This document shows, in pieces, positions 1-13,250 of a stretch of DNA of 64,000 bases. The notes below the pieces were generated by a model. The model was not told the DNA's origin and made no database searches. It saw nothing but the letters and a program-made list of their open reading frames with translations. Position 1 is the stretch's first letter. Each line of letters opens with the position of its first letter. Made by a program: the position numbers and the translations under genes. Origin of the DNA: Euprymna scolopes (lineage: Eukaryota); NCBI GenBank assembly GCA_053919585.1, contig CM132785.1. One strand, written 5' to 3'.

Positions 1-70
1 ATGGGAGTATAGGCCTCTAGTTGTGTGTAAATCCATGCTATGATGATGATGACGTTAGATTTTGTACACT

Positions 71-236
71 CTTGCAGAAGGTGTCGACGTCTTCACACTT
101 ACAGCATTTGGTATTCTCAAATTGATCACCCATCTGATATTTCAAAATTGATCTCCCATCCGCTAATGACCAGGCTCAACATTGCTTCACTTCAGTGATC
201 TAGCAAAAACTGGCGTGTCAACGTGATTATGCCGAT
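71..236 (-). mobile_element. 5S rRNA-derived SINE (SINE3-like), head plus start of body
   Basis: Reverse complement reads GGCATAATCACGTTGACACGCCAGTTTTTGCTAGATCACTGAAGTGAAGCAATGTTGAGCCTGG...GGATGGGTGATC...GAGAATACCAAATGCTGTA, a diverged 5S rRNA. It is followed by GTCGACACC, shared with the copy at 32.6 kb. Internal ~26-bp duplication at 111-160. Confidence 0.8.
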
Positions 237-454
237 AATGAAATGTGTTCTGACAAACGCGTATCACTTGTGTTCCCTCACAAATACTATTGTTGGAACG
301 ATTAATCAGAATCGGAATCGGGAATATCGGAACTTTTAGGTATATCGAAATTTTAAAAAATTTGTGCCTATTTTCCAATGCTAAAAACGATTACGTTGTC
401 TTTTTTAGTAGATTTTGTTTAAAGTAAAATCTTTTATTGCTGGTAATAATTTTC

Positions 455-1075
455 CTTTTTTTTTTTTACAAGGTGGTCACCACTTATCAAGGCTCGGAAG
501 CCACTCGGGGATAAGGGTTATTGTAAGTACAGTGCGTTAGTGTGGAGATTTAATAAAGTGTCTACTTAAGGGGGCAGTTCATCAGGAATTTGTTTACGTT
601 GAACTTGAAGACATCCAGGTTGTAGTCAGGTGGGGAGCAGGCAGACGGAACAGAGTTCCACAGGCGTGCAGTTCTAAGAAAGAAGCTTTCTTCATGGAAT
701 CTACGTTTTGATTTAGGCATAAAGAGTGGGGAAAGTTTTTGACAGTGGATTCAACTAGACGAGTGTTTTACGTAAAAGATTGGCGAGGGGGGACCAGACG
801 AGCACCTGCCATGGAAATAACGATAAAACAAAGATAGGCTTGCAACGTCTCTTCTCTGGGAGAGCGGTTGCAAGGAAGAGAAAAGGGCATCCCCCACTAA
901 GCCATAAAGTCTATTTTGCACTCTGTCAAGGCAAAATAGGCTGTTTTTAGCAGCTCCTGCCCAGATATGGCAGCAGTATTCCATCCTTGGACGTACTTGG
1001 CTTTTATTGCATCAGTAGTGAGATATCTTCTGGAGCGGTAGAAGAATCCAGCGACCTTGGCAACAGACTTGATGT
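455..1075 (-). mobile_element. 5'-truncated CR1/Zenon-like LINE (RT C-terminus, 3' UTR, poly-A)
   Basis: ORF 751-984 MEYCCHIWAGA...LDRVQNRL...LQPLSQRRDVASLSLFYRYFHGRCS is a typical CR1/Zenon RT C-terminus. The 3' UTR motif CCTTATCCCCGAGTGGC...CCTTGATAAGTGGTGA is followed by poly-A (T-run at 456-467). Confidence 0.9.
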
Positions 1076-2392
1076 ATGATGATAAAATAATGAATATTTA
1101 TTGATTTTTAAACTATAGATCAGAATTGTATTCTTACACTTGAAAAAAATACAAAATATATTATCTTAAAATAGTATTTTATTTTTTAATTTTTAGCTTC
1201 TTACTTCAAGTGTCTCCCTGCTTTGTCTCGAGTGATTTTCACTAAATAGTTTATGAATGCTACACATAAAAATATGTGAATATACACATATTTTATATAC
1301 GTAAGACATCGGAAGTTGGGCTTAGTTCTTACATGATTTTAATTTTGTTGACAAGAAAACACAAAGTAATTTTTTTAAAAAGCAACATTAAAAATTTCAG
1401 CCTTTTTCAAACTTCCTCAGAATGTAGCACTATAAGTTCTTCATGAAGAACTTATAACGTTATATGTATTTTTTATTTACATATGTTTCTTACATCACCT
1501 GTAACTTAAGAAAAATGTATTCCTTATAAAAGATTGTGTTTTATGCTGATGGAACACCATTATTTCCTCTACTAGAGTGCTCAACACATAAGTATATATA
1601 AAATTAATAGGAAGAAATAATGTGGTGAATAGCAACATCCCTGCAAATAAAACTTTCTTGTGCTACTTCTATTAAATTTATATAACGAAGGAATAGTCTA
1701 TTATTGATCCATGGGGGCTAAACAACGAAGAATGTATGAAAGGTTCTTGGCTCTAAGAAGAGAAAGAATCATAAGATCTGGTCACTCTGTTACTGCCACT
1801 ATTAACACCACTCTCCCTCCTCTTTTTGCTATCACCATCATCGTGCAAAGAACGGTACGTTTCAACTATTCCCTTTGTCTTCGTCAGGGATAAACAAATC
1901 GTTCACTGCAACTGCTAAATGTTGCAGACACTGTGTGTGTGTGTGTGTGTCTGCCTATTTGAATAGCGATTGAAAGAGACATTTAGAAAGAAAAGTATTT
2001 TTAAAATGAAAAGAATAACACAAAGAAAGCAGATAAAAATTATAACAAACTTGTAACAAAATTTTAGAAAAGAAAAAAGAGGGAGAAAGAAAGAACGCGA
2101 ATGAAAGGAAATCTCTGAAAATTCCATATAAGGAAAAACAAAACTTTCTTGACACAAAGTATATTTTTAGGATACCCATTTATTGTCATTAAAGACGGCT
2201 TATAAACATATTTCTTTAGTTTCCATTGAAACTGTTACAGTTAGTTTTATAACAATATTTCTTTTTAAGTACAGACCTTTAATCATTTTATAAATAAGGA
2301 TTTATATACGTACACCTATCATGACAAAAATAGTTCTTTGTTAGATCGTACATGACACTCTTATAGTTTGTCTTTATTTTAGATCTCTCACA

Positions 2393-2436
<44 letters not shown>

Positions 2437-2555
2437 TGTGTTTCATTCGAAAATCATTATTTAATGCTACAAATGCCCCAAATATTTTCAAATATTGTAT
2501 TTGTATTTTATTTTTTTGAATCAATCAGCTTGAAAAAGTCTAAAAATACAAAATG

Positions 2556-2592
<37 letters not shown>

Positions 2593-2595
<3 letters not shown>

Positions 2596-2890
2596 TAAGT
2601 TATGAAAATATATATGGCAATTAAGCTACACAAAATATTCCGCGTTTAATTCTCGTGAGAATTCGTCAGGCTTATGCGAAAGGTTGTGGTTTATATATAT
2701 ATGCACATGCTATTGAGTTTTCTGTAAGCCAATCAGCTTTCTAGTGGTCACCGCACCCATTCTAATCAGCCAATGGGCAGGCACTTACAGGAAAAGGCAC
2801 AGTTGACCTCCGGTTCTGTGTAGCTCAATTGCCATATATATTTTCATAACTTACTACCTAGCTCTACCTATATATTGAGCACTGTTGAAG
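2593..2890. mobile_element. Penelope-like inverted pLTR fragment (family C) with degenerate hammerhead
   Basis: 40-bp inverted repeat 2593-2632 / 2817-2856 (1 mismatch) plus an unpaired ~34-nt tail. Minus strand 2641-2670 reads CTGACGA-ATTCTC-AC-GAGAAT-TAAACGCG, an HHR core with G12>T. On the minus strand it is preceded by two ATTGG (CCAAT) boxes and a TATA-like run. Confidence 0.7.
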
Positions 2891-2956
2891 TAAATACTGA
2901 AAACTTTATGCATAAAATTATATCTTCATATAGTAATTTATGTAATTAAATGAAGT

Positions 2957-2995
<39 letters not shown>

Positions 2996-3714
2996 CACAC
3001 CTTATTTTTACCTTTTTAATTTTTCATAAATTAGAAGAATTAAAAACTATATATTACTTAGAATTTACGCCTTTAGTAATAAAAATGCTGTTTAAATTGA
3101 AGTGATAGACTGACGGTGAAGCCGATTGATATTGCCAAATGTACTTTGTGCTTCAAGATAAAAGTAATCCTAGTGTGACTTCATATAGTGATAATAATGC
3201 AAATCTCACACTTTCAAAGATACGAAGGTAAACACAAGCTTTGGCTGGCGCCACACAAAATTGTCATGAAGGATCAAAGAGGGTAGAAAGAGTGAGGATG
3301 AAAAGTACCAACCAGATTTCCAGTAAAAGTGTGCGGAGAGTGTTGGGACTTTGGCAGACATATTGTCACTCAAATTTCAAGGAAGTAAATGTGAACGGCT
3401 ATTGCGAAAATGCAAAATGATTTACAAGATTAAAATGACGTAGAGTTGAGAATCTGGGGAGCCTGTATAATTACTCGGACAGCAGGGAAAATCACATTTA
3501 ATTGCTAGTGAGCAATCAGTGATCATAAGTAATGTGAAAACTCCTAGTGAGTTAATGATGATGATGATGAGATGAAGGTAACAATCATGGTGCTTATGAT
3601 CACAAATCAAGGTGCTTGTCCAGTTTACAACCCAATCTTTGACATCTTCTAGCACGTTATATAAGTGCCTGAAACATGCTGAATTGATGACAACTAGACA
3701 ATTAATTCACAACG

Positions 3715-4156
3715 TGGCCCCTCTTCCCATATTGAGGAAGACTTTTTTAGAAAGCCATTCTTAACATAGGAAAGGGGGTGTCAACTTGACAGATAATGCT
3801 AATAATCAAGTTTAAGTTTTAAAAAAGTTTTCTTGATTTAATGAATTAGTATTATGCAGAATACAAACAGTACTGTATTTTAGATAAGATTTTCAAGTTA
3901 AATTCAAATTTGACAGTATCTTGTGTTCGTTAAATTGTTGGGTGAAAACACAGAATAGTTACAAAAGCCCTAACTTTCTATATAACACGGTCCCTACCTT
4001 TCAAAAGTACGAATGAATTTCGTGCTTTTATTGAAAGTTGTCTTCTGACAACTGATTGGATAATCACGTCAGCATCTTCCGGCTGCTTGCATAAACTTCC
4101 GGAAGATGCAGATAAAAAGTTTCAGGGAAACTCGGTCACAAACTGGATGAGTACCC
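3715..4156. repeat. Dispersed repeat with long palindrome, copy 1 (paralog at 20365-20640)
   Basis: AAAGCCATTCTTAACAT and the block TTGTCTTCTGACAxCTxATTGGATAATC...CCGGAAGAT...GGTCxxAAACTxGAT are shared with 20365-20640. Confidence 0.7.
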
Positions 4157-4184
4157 AAATAAATTGATAATGTAGCTGCAAGAG

Positions 4185-4326
4185 CTGAAGATTCAAGGAA
4201 GAGTTCAGACTACTTAAATACCAATACATTAATCTGTTAGAAAAACTAAGGAAACTTGTTGTCACTTGAACTCCAACAAAAGCCACCAATGATCAATGAT
4301 GGCAGGAAATCTTCGAACTAATAATG
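4185..4326 (+). mobile_element. Degraded Dong/R4-like LINE 3' tail
   Basis: GAAACTTGTTGTCACTTGAACTCCA resembles the R4/Dong 3' UTR (recognised from memory). A related degraded motif, ATTGTCACTCAAATTTCA, lies at ~3362. Confidence 0.35.
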
Positions 4327-5309
4327 TACGCAATAGTAACAACAATGCGCAGTCACTTTAAATTGTGGATATTGTCTGCGCAGGAAGGCGTTATAAACAA
4401 CGCAGTACGGTTCCTATTTCTCTACGCCTATTTGATTAAGCTAGGAAACAGTGCCGGCCAGGGACAGCAGAAACTTGCACACACCCCCACGACCCTAAAG
4501 TTGAGAACACACCAAGAACTTTCAGTTGTTTTGGTAAATGATACTGTGTCTTAGGGTCACGGGGTTTTCCATTTCGTCTCTGTTTACATTAGCCGTGCAG
4601 AAAAAAAAACCCTCCAACTTAATGCATAGAAATAGGAGCGTGAAATAAAGTGTTAGTGAGGAAGGAAGGGGTCAAGGTTTGAGTCGCCTTTAAAAACAAG
4701 AAAAATGGATTTTCTCTATCTCTGAAAGCCCTAATGATTTATCATTTTAAAGTTTCAATGGATGGAAGAACCAGACCCTTAAATTACCATAAATAATCCT
4801 GGTTCCTGATTAATCTACATGGTTAGTTCTGTTTCGCAACTGAAAACGGATCTCGGCAAATGCATATATGATGTTCTTGTCAGCATTAAGTGCCAGACGG
4901 AAGCTCAGTGGCTAAAATGTAAGGTTTGAGAACATAATGGAATTAGATTTAATTTCTTTCCCCAATAATACTGAGCAATTTTCTGATTTCTATCGCGGGA
5001 GATGAAATTGAACAGTTTTTATGCAATTTTAAAATCAGATGATACAAATAAAAGATTTTCCAAATCAGACACAAGATCGTTTCATCTAGATATCAATACA
5101 CGTGTATAAGTTTTTTCATGATTAGGTACGAAGAGGAGGAAGTGGCAAAAGGATAAAATGAGAATAAGAGGAGTAGGAAGAGGAGAGGAAAGAAGGCTAT
5201 TATAATCTATGACCCCCCCATAAAACGTTTACAATAAACACTCCTCTAGCTACAACAATTGTCAATGATTTTCTTTATCCCCTCTATGTACTTAAAATTA
5301 AACGAAATT

Positions 5310-5565
5310 TCCATGAGAAGTTTTTTTTTCCTAAAACTACCTGTCTCTAAAGCAAAACTGTTTCCGATCTAACTACAACATCGTTTTCAAGTCCAATGTG
5401 AACAAATTTTTGTTGTGCTGCTCTCTTACATAATCAGATTCTGTCAAACTCACATTATCATTACCAATCATGACGATGTTGTCTCACCATTCACCTGACA
5501 TTCGTTAACTCTTATCCTCGAGTGGCCCTTGGACCTTGATATATGGTGACTAAGTATAAAAATAA
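5310..5565 (+). mobile_element. CR1/Zenon-like LINE 3' fragment
   Basis: TTCAAGTCCAATGTGAACAAATT and CTTATCCTCGAGTGGCCCTTGGACCTTGATA...GGTGACT match the 455-1075 element in the opposite orientation. Confidence 0.8.
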
Positions 5566-7861
5566 TTTAAATAATGTTGAAAGTGAATGTAAGTTGTTAT
5601 CATAGTATTATGAAGTATTTCAATGTGTAAAAGCTATATAAAATTTGCTTTCCTTTCACATGATGGTATAAAAATAAATATTTATATAGATACAGACCAA
5701 TAAAATGACATTTGTTTGAGTATATATCAACAGAAATTAGACATTCTTTGCTTTTTTTATCAATTTCAAGGCAAATGCCAGTAAAATCAATTTTAATGTA
5801 GAAGGTTGAATTTTTCTGAATAAATGGAACTGCAGAAAAAAATGGACACTAGAAAAAAAACAACAAAAAAACATGTAAACATTGACTTATGACAATCAAT
5901 AAATGAATAAATCAATAATTTCTAAATCTGGGGTCAATAATTATCAATACGAATCAAAAGGTATTTGTTTTCAATGCACCTACAAAAGCCTCAAGGACAA
6001 ATCACAGCAAACAGTAAAGATAACTAAAGATATACCAGTTAATGATGATTAACAACGACAAAAATATATACAAAAGTATGAAATAAAAATACATGTAAAA
6101 TTCATTCAATGTCAACAAAAAAAAAACTTGCTTCTTTCAATTCTTACTTCTTTATTAAATTGGATTTAGAAGCAAGATTTTTCAGGAAAAACATTTTGGA
6201 GATAAGGTTACAAAGATGGATGGTTCTTAAAATATATGGTGACATAAAAATTCTGGGGTGCTAAAAGTGTATTGAGGCATAAAAGATTATTCCATTGATT
6301 CTGGCCTAAATGCTGATTGTTTAGCAAGGATGCATCAAGTATCAATTTTACGTCTTTGTATAATTTGATCAAGGATTGAAACTTGATCTCTTTGTTCATA
6401 AAAAAACTCTTAGGTCAGTTTAACAGGAAAGAGATTTAAATGTAAAATATCTGCAGTGAAAATGTATAAACAAACACACATACACCTATGATACATATTA
6501 AGGACCTTCTGCCGGTGAAGGAAGGGGAGTGTGAGGAGTTTTTGCATAGAAAGTGAAAAGTGTTTGCTACCATCTTTGTGGGAATACGTATTTGAGAAAG
6601 GCAGTTTATTCGAAATGTAATAATTCATATATGGTGACAGAGTGTATAGTTTCAGGAAACATGGAGATATTGTATATATGGACTGTGAAAGATTTGATTA
6701 GAAAGTCTTCGTTTATTTTCCTATTGGAATGTTAGGATGTAGGGGAGATCAACTTTATAATATAAATAATCTAAAATATTATCAGTAAACAAATCAGGTC
6801 ATATTATGTTATACCTATAAGGACATAAATTTAAAATTTATTGCAACCAGTTTCTCAGCAAATGTTTATTCTTTTCGTTTATACTAACAATAGGTCATAA
6901 CATAATTCACCTGAAGAACTTTTAGAAGAAAATACTTTTCAAAGGAAATCAAGAAAAAAGGCTTTATAAATGGACAAATAAATATGAGAGTTTTATTTAT
7001 ATTGTCTCACAGATATTTTCTCTTCTTTTATAAATAAACATTTTAAAAATTAATCCATATAAATGAATTAGTCATTTAAGATAGAAGCCGACGATTATTT
7101 AAAGAGAAATTTTATATAGATCTTTTGAAATTGGACGGTTAACTGCTTCATAACAATGAAGAATAAGTAGGATACTTACATAACAAAAAACAACACAAAA
7201 AGATAGGAAAACCAGTTTAATTATGAATTATCAGAAACCTCGGTGGAGAAAATGTAATAAAATGGTTTGTTTTAAACAAGCTTCAGGTAAAATAAAAATA
7301 TTTCTTTAAAATATTTTTGGAAAAAGAAGAATTTCTGTTTTGCAAAATAAAAACAAAATGCACCATGTTTTTAATAAATCCCATACTTTACTGGATTGGG
7401 ACAAATAATAAAAAAACTGCTTCAATCAAAGAGTTATCTTGCCTGAACTAAGAATAAGAAGCCTTCTAGATTAAAATTTTAAACTAAAACTTTTTGAACT
7501 TTAATAAAGGATCATTAGAAAAATTTGGAACTAAATTTGAACTAAATTTTTAAATTAATTTTGAAAATGTGGAATTAAAACTAATTTCTTGGCAATTTCT
7601 CTGTATAATATTAGGAGAAAATAAGTTTATTTCCTTTTTTTCCTTAACTACAGAATGTAGATGTAACTTGAAGTGGTGCTTTTTCAGCTTTTCAACCCGA
7701 AGAATACTTACACGAAATTATTATTTGATGGCAATTTATCATCAGAAGATGAATATTCAAAGCTTGGTTTAATATCCGAAACAAATCCCTTTCCTTTTCA
7801 AGTCAGTATAATCAGAGTCGGTTAGAGTTTGAAGCACACATTTCTTTTTCAAAGAAGAGAG

Positions 7862-7879
7862 TTAGGGTTAGGGTTAGGG
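7862..7879 (+). repeat. (TTAGGG)3 interstitial telomere-like motif
   Basis: GTTAGGGTTAGGGTTAGGGT is directly visible. Confidence 0.8.
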
Positions 7880-10688
7880 TGAGGAATAAAAAAGGGATTT
7901 TTTTTTTCTTTAGCATATTTCAAGTTTTTGAAAGAACAAAAAATAACATAAAAATAAAATAAAAAAATATACGATAAAAAAATACAGAAAGAAATATCAA
8001 AGTAAGAGAAAGTAAAAAAAAAAAAAAAAAGAGGTAATTTTTTTATGTTTTGTTTTTGGGGACATTTTGTTTATTTAGTAAGCAGTTAGGGACTCCCTTG
8101 CCTACCGATCAACCCAGGGAGATTTTTCTAAGGCAGTGAAGTGATTCTTTTCCTCAACCAGATGTGTAAGCCATTAGCCTGAGGAGGGAACAAGTAGCCA
8201 GTATGATAATTGCTAAGAAAGAGACACAAAAATAACTTAAACTGTTATGCATGGTTATATAATTTTAATTTGTTACAGCAGCTGAGAGATTGGTTTAGAG
8301 AAATCCCACAATCCACTGTATTTTCACATATAGCTACACACATAGTCCATGTTAAAGGCGAAACACGTGCCCATGGATAATCAAGTTTAAAAAATATATA
8401 TGTCGCTTCGGTGAAGAGAAAATGATTTCCAACTTCCATTAATGTAAAATACTTTTCCAAATAAATAATTCAAATTGTTCAAAAGTAGCGTTAATCGATA
8501 CATACATACATCGTAATCCAGAAAGTTTACGTATACAAGGTAAAATACAGTTAAATTCTTACTGTGTTAATACAAAATTCCCAATGATGAGCAGTGCCAT
8601 TTGTTTTTAGGTTTAAGACATTTTATTCATGCAAGCATTATTTGGCTACACATTTGCAAGGATGTTTCAGTCAAAGCTATACAATTTATAGCTAGCGTGC
8701 TCTACTACCCAATCCTGTTAAAATTCCACTGTAACATATTTAAAGTACTTTAATTGTCTTATAATCTGCTGTAAAAACACTCTCTTGTCCTCTAATGAAT
8801 ATCCCCTATATAAGATCCCTTAATATGCCTATTGCTAGACGTTGTGTGTGTGTTCATATAATATTTCATTTAAGCAAACACTGTTAAACAGAACAGTATT
8901 TTCTGTTTAAATTATACATTTCGCTTTTTTTATGTTGGCAATTTTTCTAACGATGTTTTCATGCTAAAATAACAACAATTAATATATGTTCCACATCTAA
9001 TTAGAATTTATGCATATGTCAATTTATTTACCTGCCTTTTAATGTGATAAAGGTTATAAGGTGACACAGGGTCAGTTTCTAAATAAGAATCCAGTTTCGT
9101 CAAATAGGAACCAAACTGAAAATGTGAAAACTTTGCAATGATCGGCTTGGTCTAGATTCCTCAGTGAGACCCTCAGACCACAGTCTATACAACTAACCGT
9201 CCTAGGAGGAGGTAATATCTGGGATGATACCCTTCTTAGAAAATCTCGAACAGGTATTAACTTTGGTCTGATCAGAATACCAGAAGTCCCTTCTTGTAAC
9301 TTGCTGAACAAGTACAAAGAGACAAGAATATTTAGCCATACACACATTGAAGTTCAATAGATCGATTTATTTTTATACATATACAAATGCAGCTTTTTAT
9401 TATTAGCAGTTTTTTCTATTTGTTATCAAAGATATTCTGTACAGAAATAGCTGCATTATTCAGTGGTGAAATGAATGTATATACATAAACTGAACCAGAT
9501 TTAGGTTAAAATAAAACTTTGTCAGCAGTTTTAATGTCAATAACCTACAATAGCAACCATAAAGCGTTAGGCAGCTAAAGAGAGTAAAGAGACTGAAAAA
9601 GAATATTCGGAACCGTTTTTTTTTTCCGAGTTTTATAGTCTAGGAAAAAAAAAAGAGAAAAAGATCGGTAAACAGATGACAAAACCATCAAGAAGATTGC
9701 CAAATAGAAAACAAATAAAATAAACAAAATTGATCCACTCATTCCTCCTTCTCTTCTACACACAATGCAGGGTGAGGCAGAAAGTGTATATGCATCCATG
9801 TATGGTAGTTAAAGGTCAGGTTACTCCAAGCATTCTTCAATGGCATAAACACTAAGTTTGTTTGTCTGTTCGCAATAAAAATGAATACAGCTGCACCAAA
9901 TAGAGTTTAAACTAATGAATCAGATGTAATTTTTTTCCCCTCCCGCAAGGAATGTTATGGGTGACATAAATTTTTTTAAATATACATTAAAGGGATGCCT
10001 AAGAAAACATTAAACCGCCATTGGAATTTTTTTATCTCGGATTTTAGTGATTTAAACCGCAGTTAAATTGCGCAACATTGTTAAAAAAAAACAAACAAAA
10101 AGAACAAAAAAATAAATAAAAAATAAAAATAAAAAACAGCCTCATCATTTTAAAACGATGGATAAAAAGCAACAAGTGAACTTCTGATTTACTTTCAGCA
10201 TTCTCGTAACTCTCACTTCCCTTATTTTCTTCTTTAGTCCTCACATTCATGAGCGACGTTTCGGACAAAAAGGGAAGAATTGCTGTTTTCTCGGTCAGAG
10301 TCTATCAATATCACTCTTATCGCTAGCTAGTCTTTTACTTTAATATGGTATTTTTTAGCTTCTGACAGCAGATGGATTTATTTCTTGTCTAGAGCTATTT
10401 CCATAAAGAAATCAATAATTGAGTTTAAAAAAATTGTTTAATCTATATATTAATAAAATTATGTAACCATTTTTCATATGTATGTGTTTCTTGCATCTAC
10501 ATTACTTATGTTTATTCATTATCATTAAATTATTAAATTAAATTTTTTAAAAATCCTATTTATAAAAAAATAATTCATGAAAATTCAGCAATGTTTTTCC
10601 TAGGAGTAAAAACGCAAGGTTCAATTTCTTAAAAAAAAAAATTACTTTTACTCATTCAATCCCGGACAATATTGGACCTCTTTGCTAA

Positions 10689-10723
<35 letters not shown>

Positions 10724-10758
10724 TTCTTGTTATCAATAAAGACCAGTGTATGTTTATA

Positions 10759-10940
10759 TATGAAGGGCATTCCACAAATTATACCTCCTATTTTTATTCC
10801 GCCTGAATGGATAAGAGGGGGCTGCCTTATTATGATGATTGAATTTATGCATTCATGGTCAGAAAGTTTCATCTCTCTGTTGGAGATATTGACAGTGTGA
10901 GTCTCTAAGAAAACAACCACTGTCATTGACGTGCATTGGG
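10759..10940 (+). mobile_element. Mariner left-end fragment (same family as 47762-48270)
   Basis: TA-TGAAGGGCATTCCACAAATTATACCTCCTATTTTTATTCC terminal inverted repeat (TIR), followed by TTATGCATTCA...GAAAGTTTCA...ATATTGAC...GTGAGTCT...AAGAAA.CAACC, collinear with 47762-47940. Confidence 0.7.
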
Positions 10941-12711
10941 CTAGGGAAGAGAAGGGATCTTCAATTTAAAAATAATAGATTTCAATTTAAAAAAAAATAT
11001 ATGTTGATTAATTCATACATCTTAGAATAGAATTGCAATTCATAATTATGAATCAAAGTTTCAAGATAATAGAACTTGTTTTGGCATGACCAAAATTTAA
11101 CAGACATTTACTCAAATGAAGAGGACAAATAGAAAGAAGGAACGGGAGAAACGAGAATTTATCTTAATAATTATAAAATTCTGTGGACCGTCCGGGTGTC
11201 CTTGCTTGCTTGCTTGAATCTTGTATTATATTAAAAAAAATCTGAATTTGTTTCTCATCCTCTCAAATTTTAACCTCATGACGTCATTTCTAGCAACTTT
11301 TTAAATTTAACGACTAAGGCTAGAAAGCTGTAAGTTTCGGTTTCGATTCTAGCTGATGGCATTCAAATCATATTAAATAAAACGTTTGAAATCAGTTATA
11401 CAGTGAGTGCAATATAATAATACAGAATTAGCTCTATAATATTAAATACAAAATCTACATTTAAGCGTTTTTGGTGACCGGATCATGCCGGGGGACAACA
11501 CTACATATTGGGTATAATAATCTATAATAATCTATACGAAATTTGCATACATTAAAGTATCATATTTAAGCATATCTTACCACCAGACAACACCGGACGC
11601 CCGTCTAGTCTTTTATAAGAATGCAATGAATTAAAAATGGCTATTGGTTCCTTTTATCTTAAATTGATTTGTTTAAAGAAAAAACTTGTTTGCCAAAGAC
11701 AAATGGCAAATTCTTGTATATTCCATTCCATTCCATCTTGAATCGAGCAATGACTCATTTACAAACCACTTTTAATAGAAACACAGATTTGATAGGGTTT
11801 ATTGACTTGAAATTTTAAGACGTGGAGAAAAATTAAAACAAAAAAAACAAACATGCTAATTTTATTTTTTTAAGTATTTAAAAAGTGAATTGAAATGAGA
11901 CGTTATCAGCTAGAGAACCATCAGAATGTTATATAAGTCATAAGAGAGAAAACTGAATTCGTTTTCTTTATTTAATTCGTTTTTGGTATCGATTTTTAAG
12001 ATTCCTGATGAAGATGAAAGGAATTGTCAATTATCCTGCGATGATCACCAAAGGCCAAATATACATTGATGCCAAGTAAACCAGAATATTACTTTTGCAA
12101 AGAGTGTTTCTTTAGCTTTGGTTTTTCTTCTTTCCCTTCTTGAAAGATTTCATTCAAGTTTTTAAAAAATAAAGGAAGAAAAAACAGCTGGAAAAGAGGG
12201 AGAGGAAATGAAATGCCAAAGATATTTAATTCTTTTAATAATTCTTGGCATAAAATTCTTTAGAATTAGAAATATGGAGAAATATTTTTTTCTTCATCCT
12301 TTTTATCCCTTTATTTGTTCTGCTAGTCTTATTAGCAAAGGCGCATTTTCCGGAAGAAAATAGGAGTCTGGAATGATATGCTCTTGTGAGTAGATGGAAC
12401 ATTCTAGAATCTTGTTTATTTTCTGTTGGTCTTTTATTTTAATTATCAGGTGTTTGTTTTTAGCACATGGCAGCAATGACTTGCATGGAATTTATAAAAG
12501 AGAGTTAAAACGAATGGAAATTCTTTGTAATCATTTACGATAGGTTTGCAGTTCTTAATAATTAACAAAATTCTTGGATTCGTCTTTTAAAAATTGTTCT
12601 CATAGCTCAAGTTTAATCCAATATGGCAAGAAACAGATAAAAAATTTTTTTATCAGGTTGTTTAAAGAATGAATAGATCGAACTTAAAATAAAGAAAAAA
12701 AAATTGTGTTT

Positions 12712-13200
12712 CTGAATTTTTTAGATGAAGATTGATAATTCATATTATTTGGATTCTTTGGACTACTGTTTTCATCTTGAATGTAATTTTCACAACGTTT
12801 CACTCAATGTAACCTCTGACCTTCTTCAGGTGTATCTTGTTGAATTCGAGAATGTTTCTGCCAAACTCGCAACGACCCGTGGCACAATGGGTAGAGTACT
12901 TGGAAAAATCAATGGTAAAAGTGATATTCTTATGAAGGCTGAAGGTTCAATTCTCAGCGTGAGCGACTGAAAATTACAATTGTGAATGACTTAGGACCAC
13001 TATCTAGTCATGGCTGATGGAACGAGAGAATGCTACCCTCGTGAAGTAAATAAAGGGTTCCATTCGAAATTCCATCCAAATTACTAAGTTTGACTGACAC
13101 ATTCACAAGTCCGACATGATCCATCTGAAGAAGGTCGGCGGTTACATTGACCAAAACGTTATGAGAGCAGTATTCCGATGAATGCTAATAATATGAAAGA
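12712..13200. mobile_element. Penelope-like fold-back element (family B) with two inverted hammerhead motifs
   Basis: Minus-strand HHR at ~12791-12832 (CAC-CTGAAGA-AGGTCAG...GAAACGTT-GTG) and plus-strand HHR at ~13122-13163 (CAT-CTGAAGA-AGGTCGG...TTGACC-AAAACGTT-ATG). The family tail (reverse complement of ATCAATCxTCATCTAAAAAATTCAG) is at the left end. Confidence 0.8.
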
Positions 13201-13250
13201 AAAACTGGTTTTGCATTTTTTGGAAGACTTTCTTGAAATTTTTCTGCAAA

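Noticed and set aside
71-236. Functional 5S rRNA genes (also 32.6 kb and 61.4 kb)
   Set aside because: Too diverged, with an internal duplication or truncation, and fused to SINE bodies.
9080-9330. GC-richer segment with a 91-aa ORF (similar cases at 50700-50960 and 59560-59790)
   Set aside because: Probably ancient LINE remnants, but the motifs are too degraded to support a call.
11171-11618. Possible MITE with imperfect TIRs, or a Helitron end (CCGGACGCCCGTCTAGT)
   Set aside because: The terminal match is too weak to choose a model or set boundaries.
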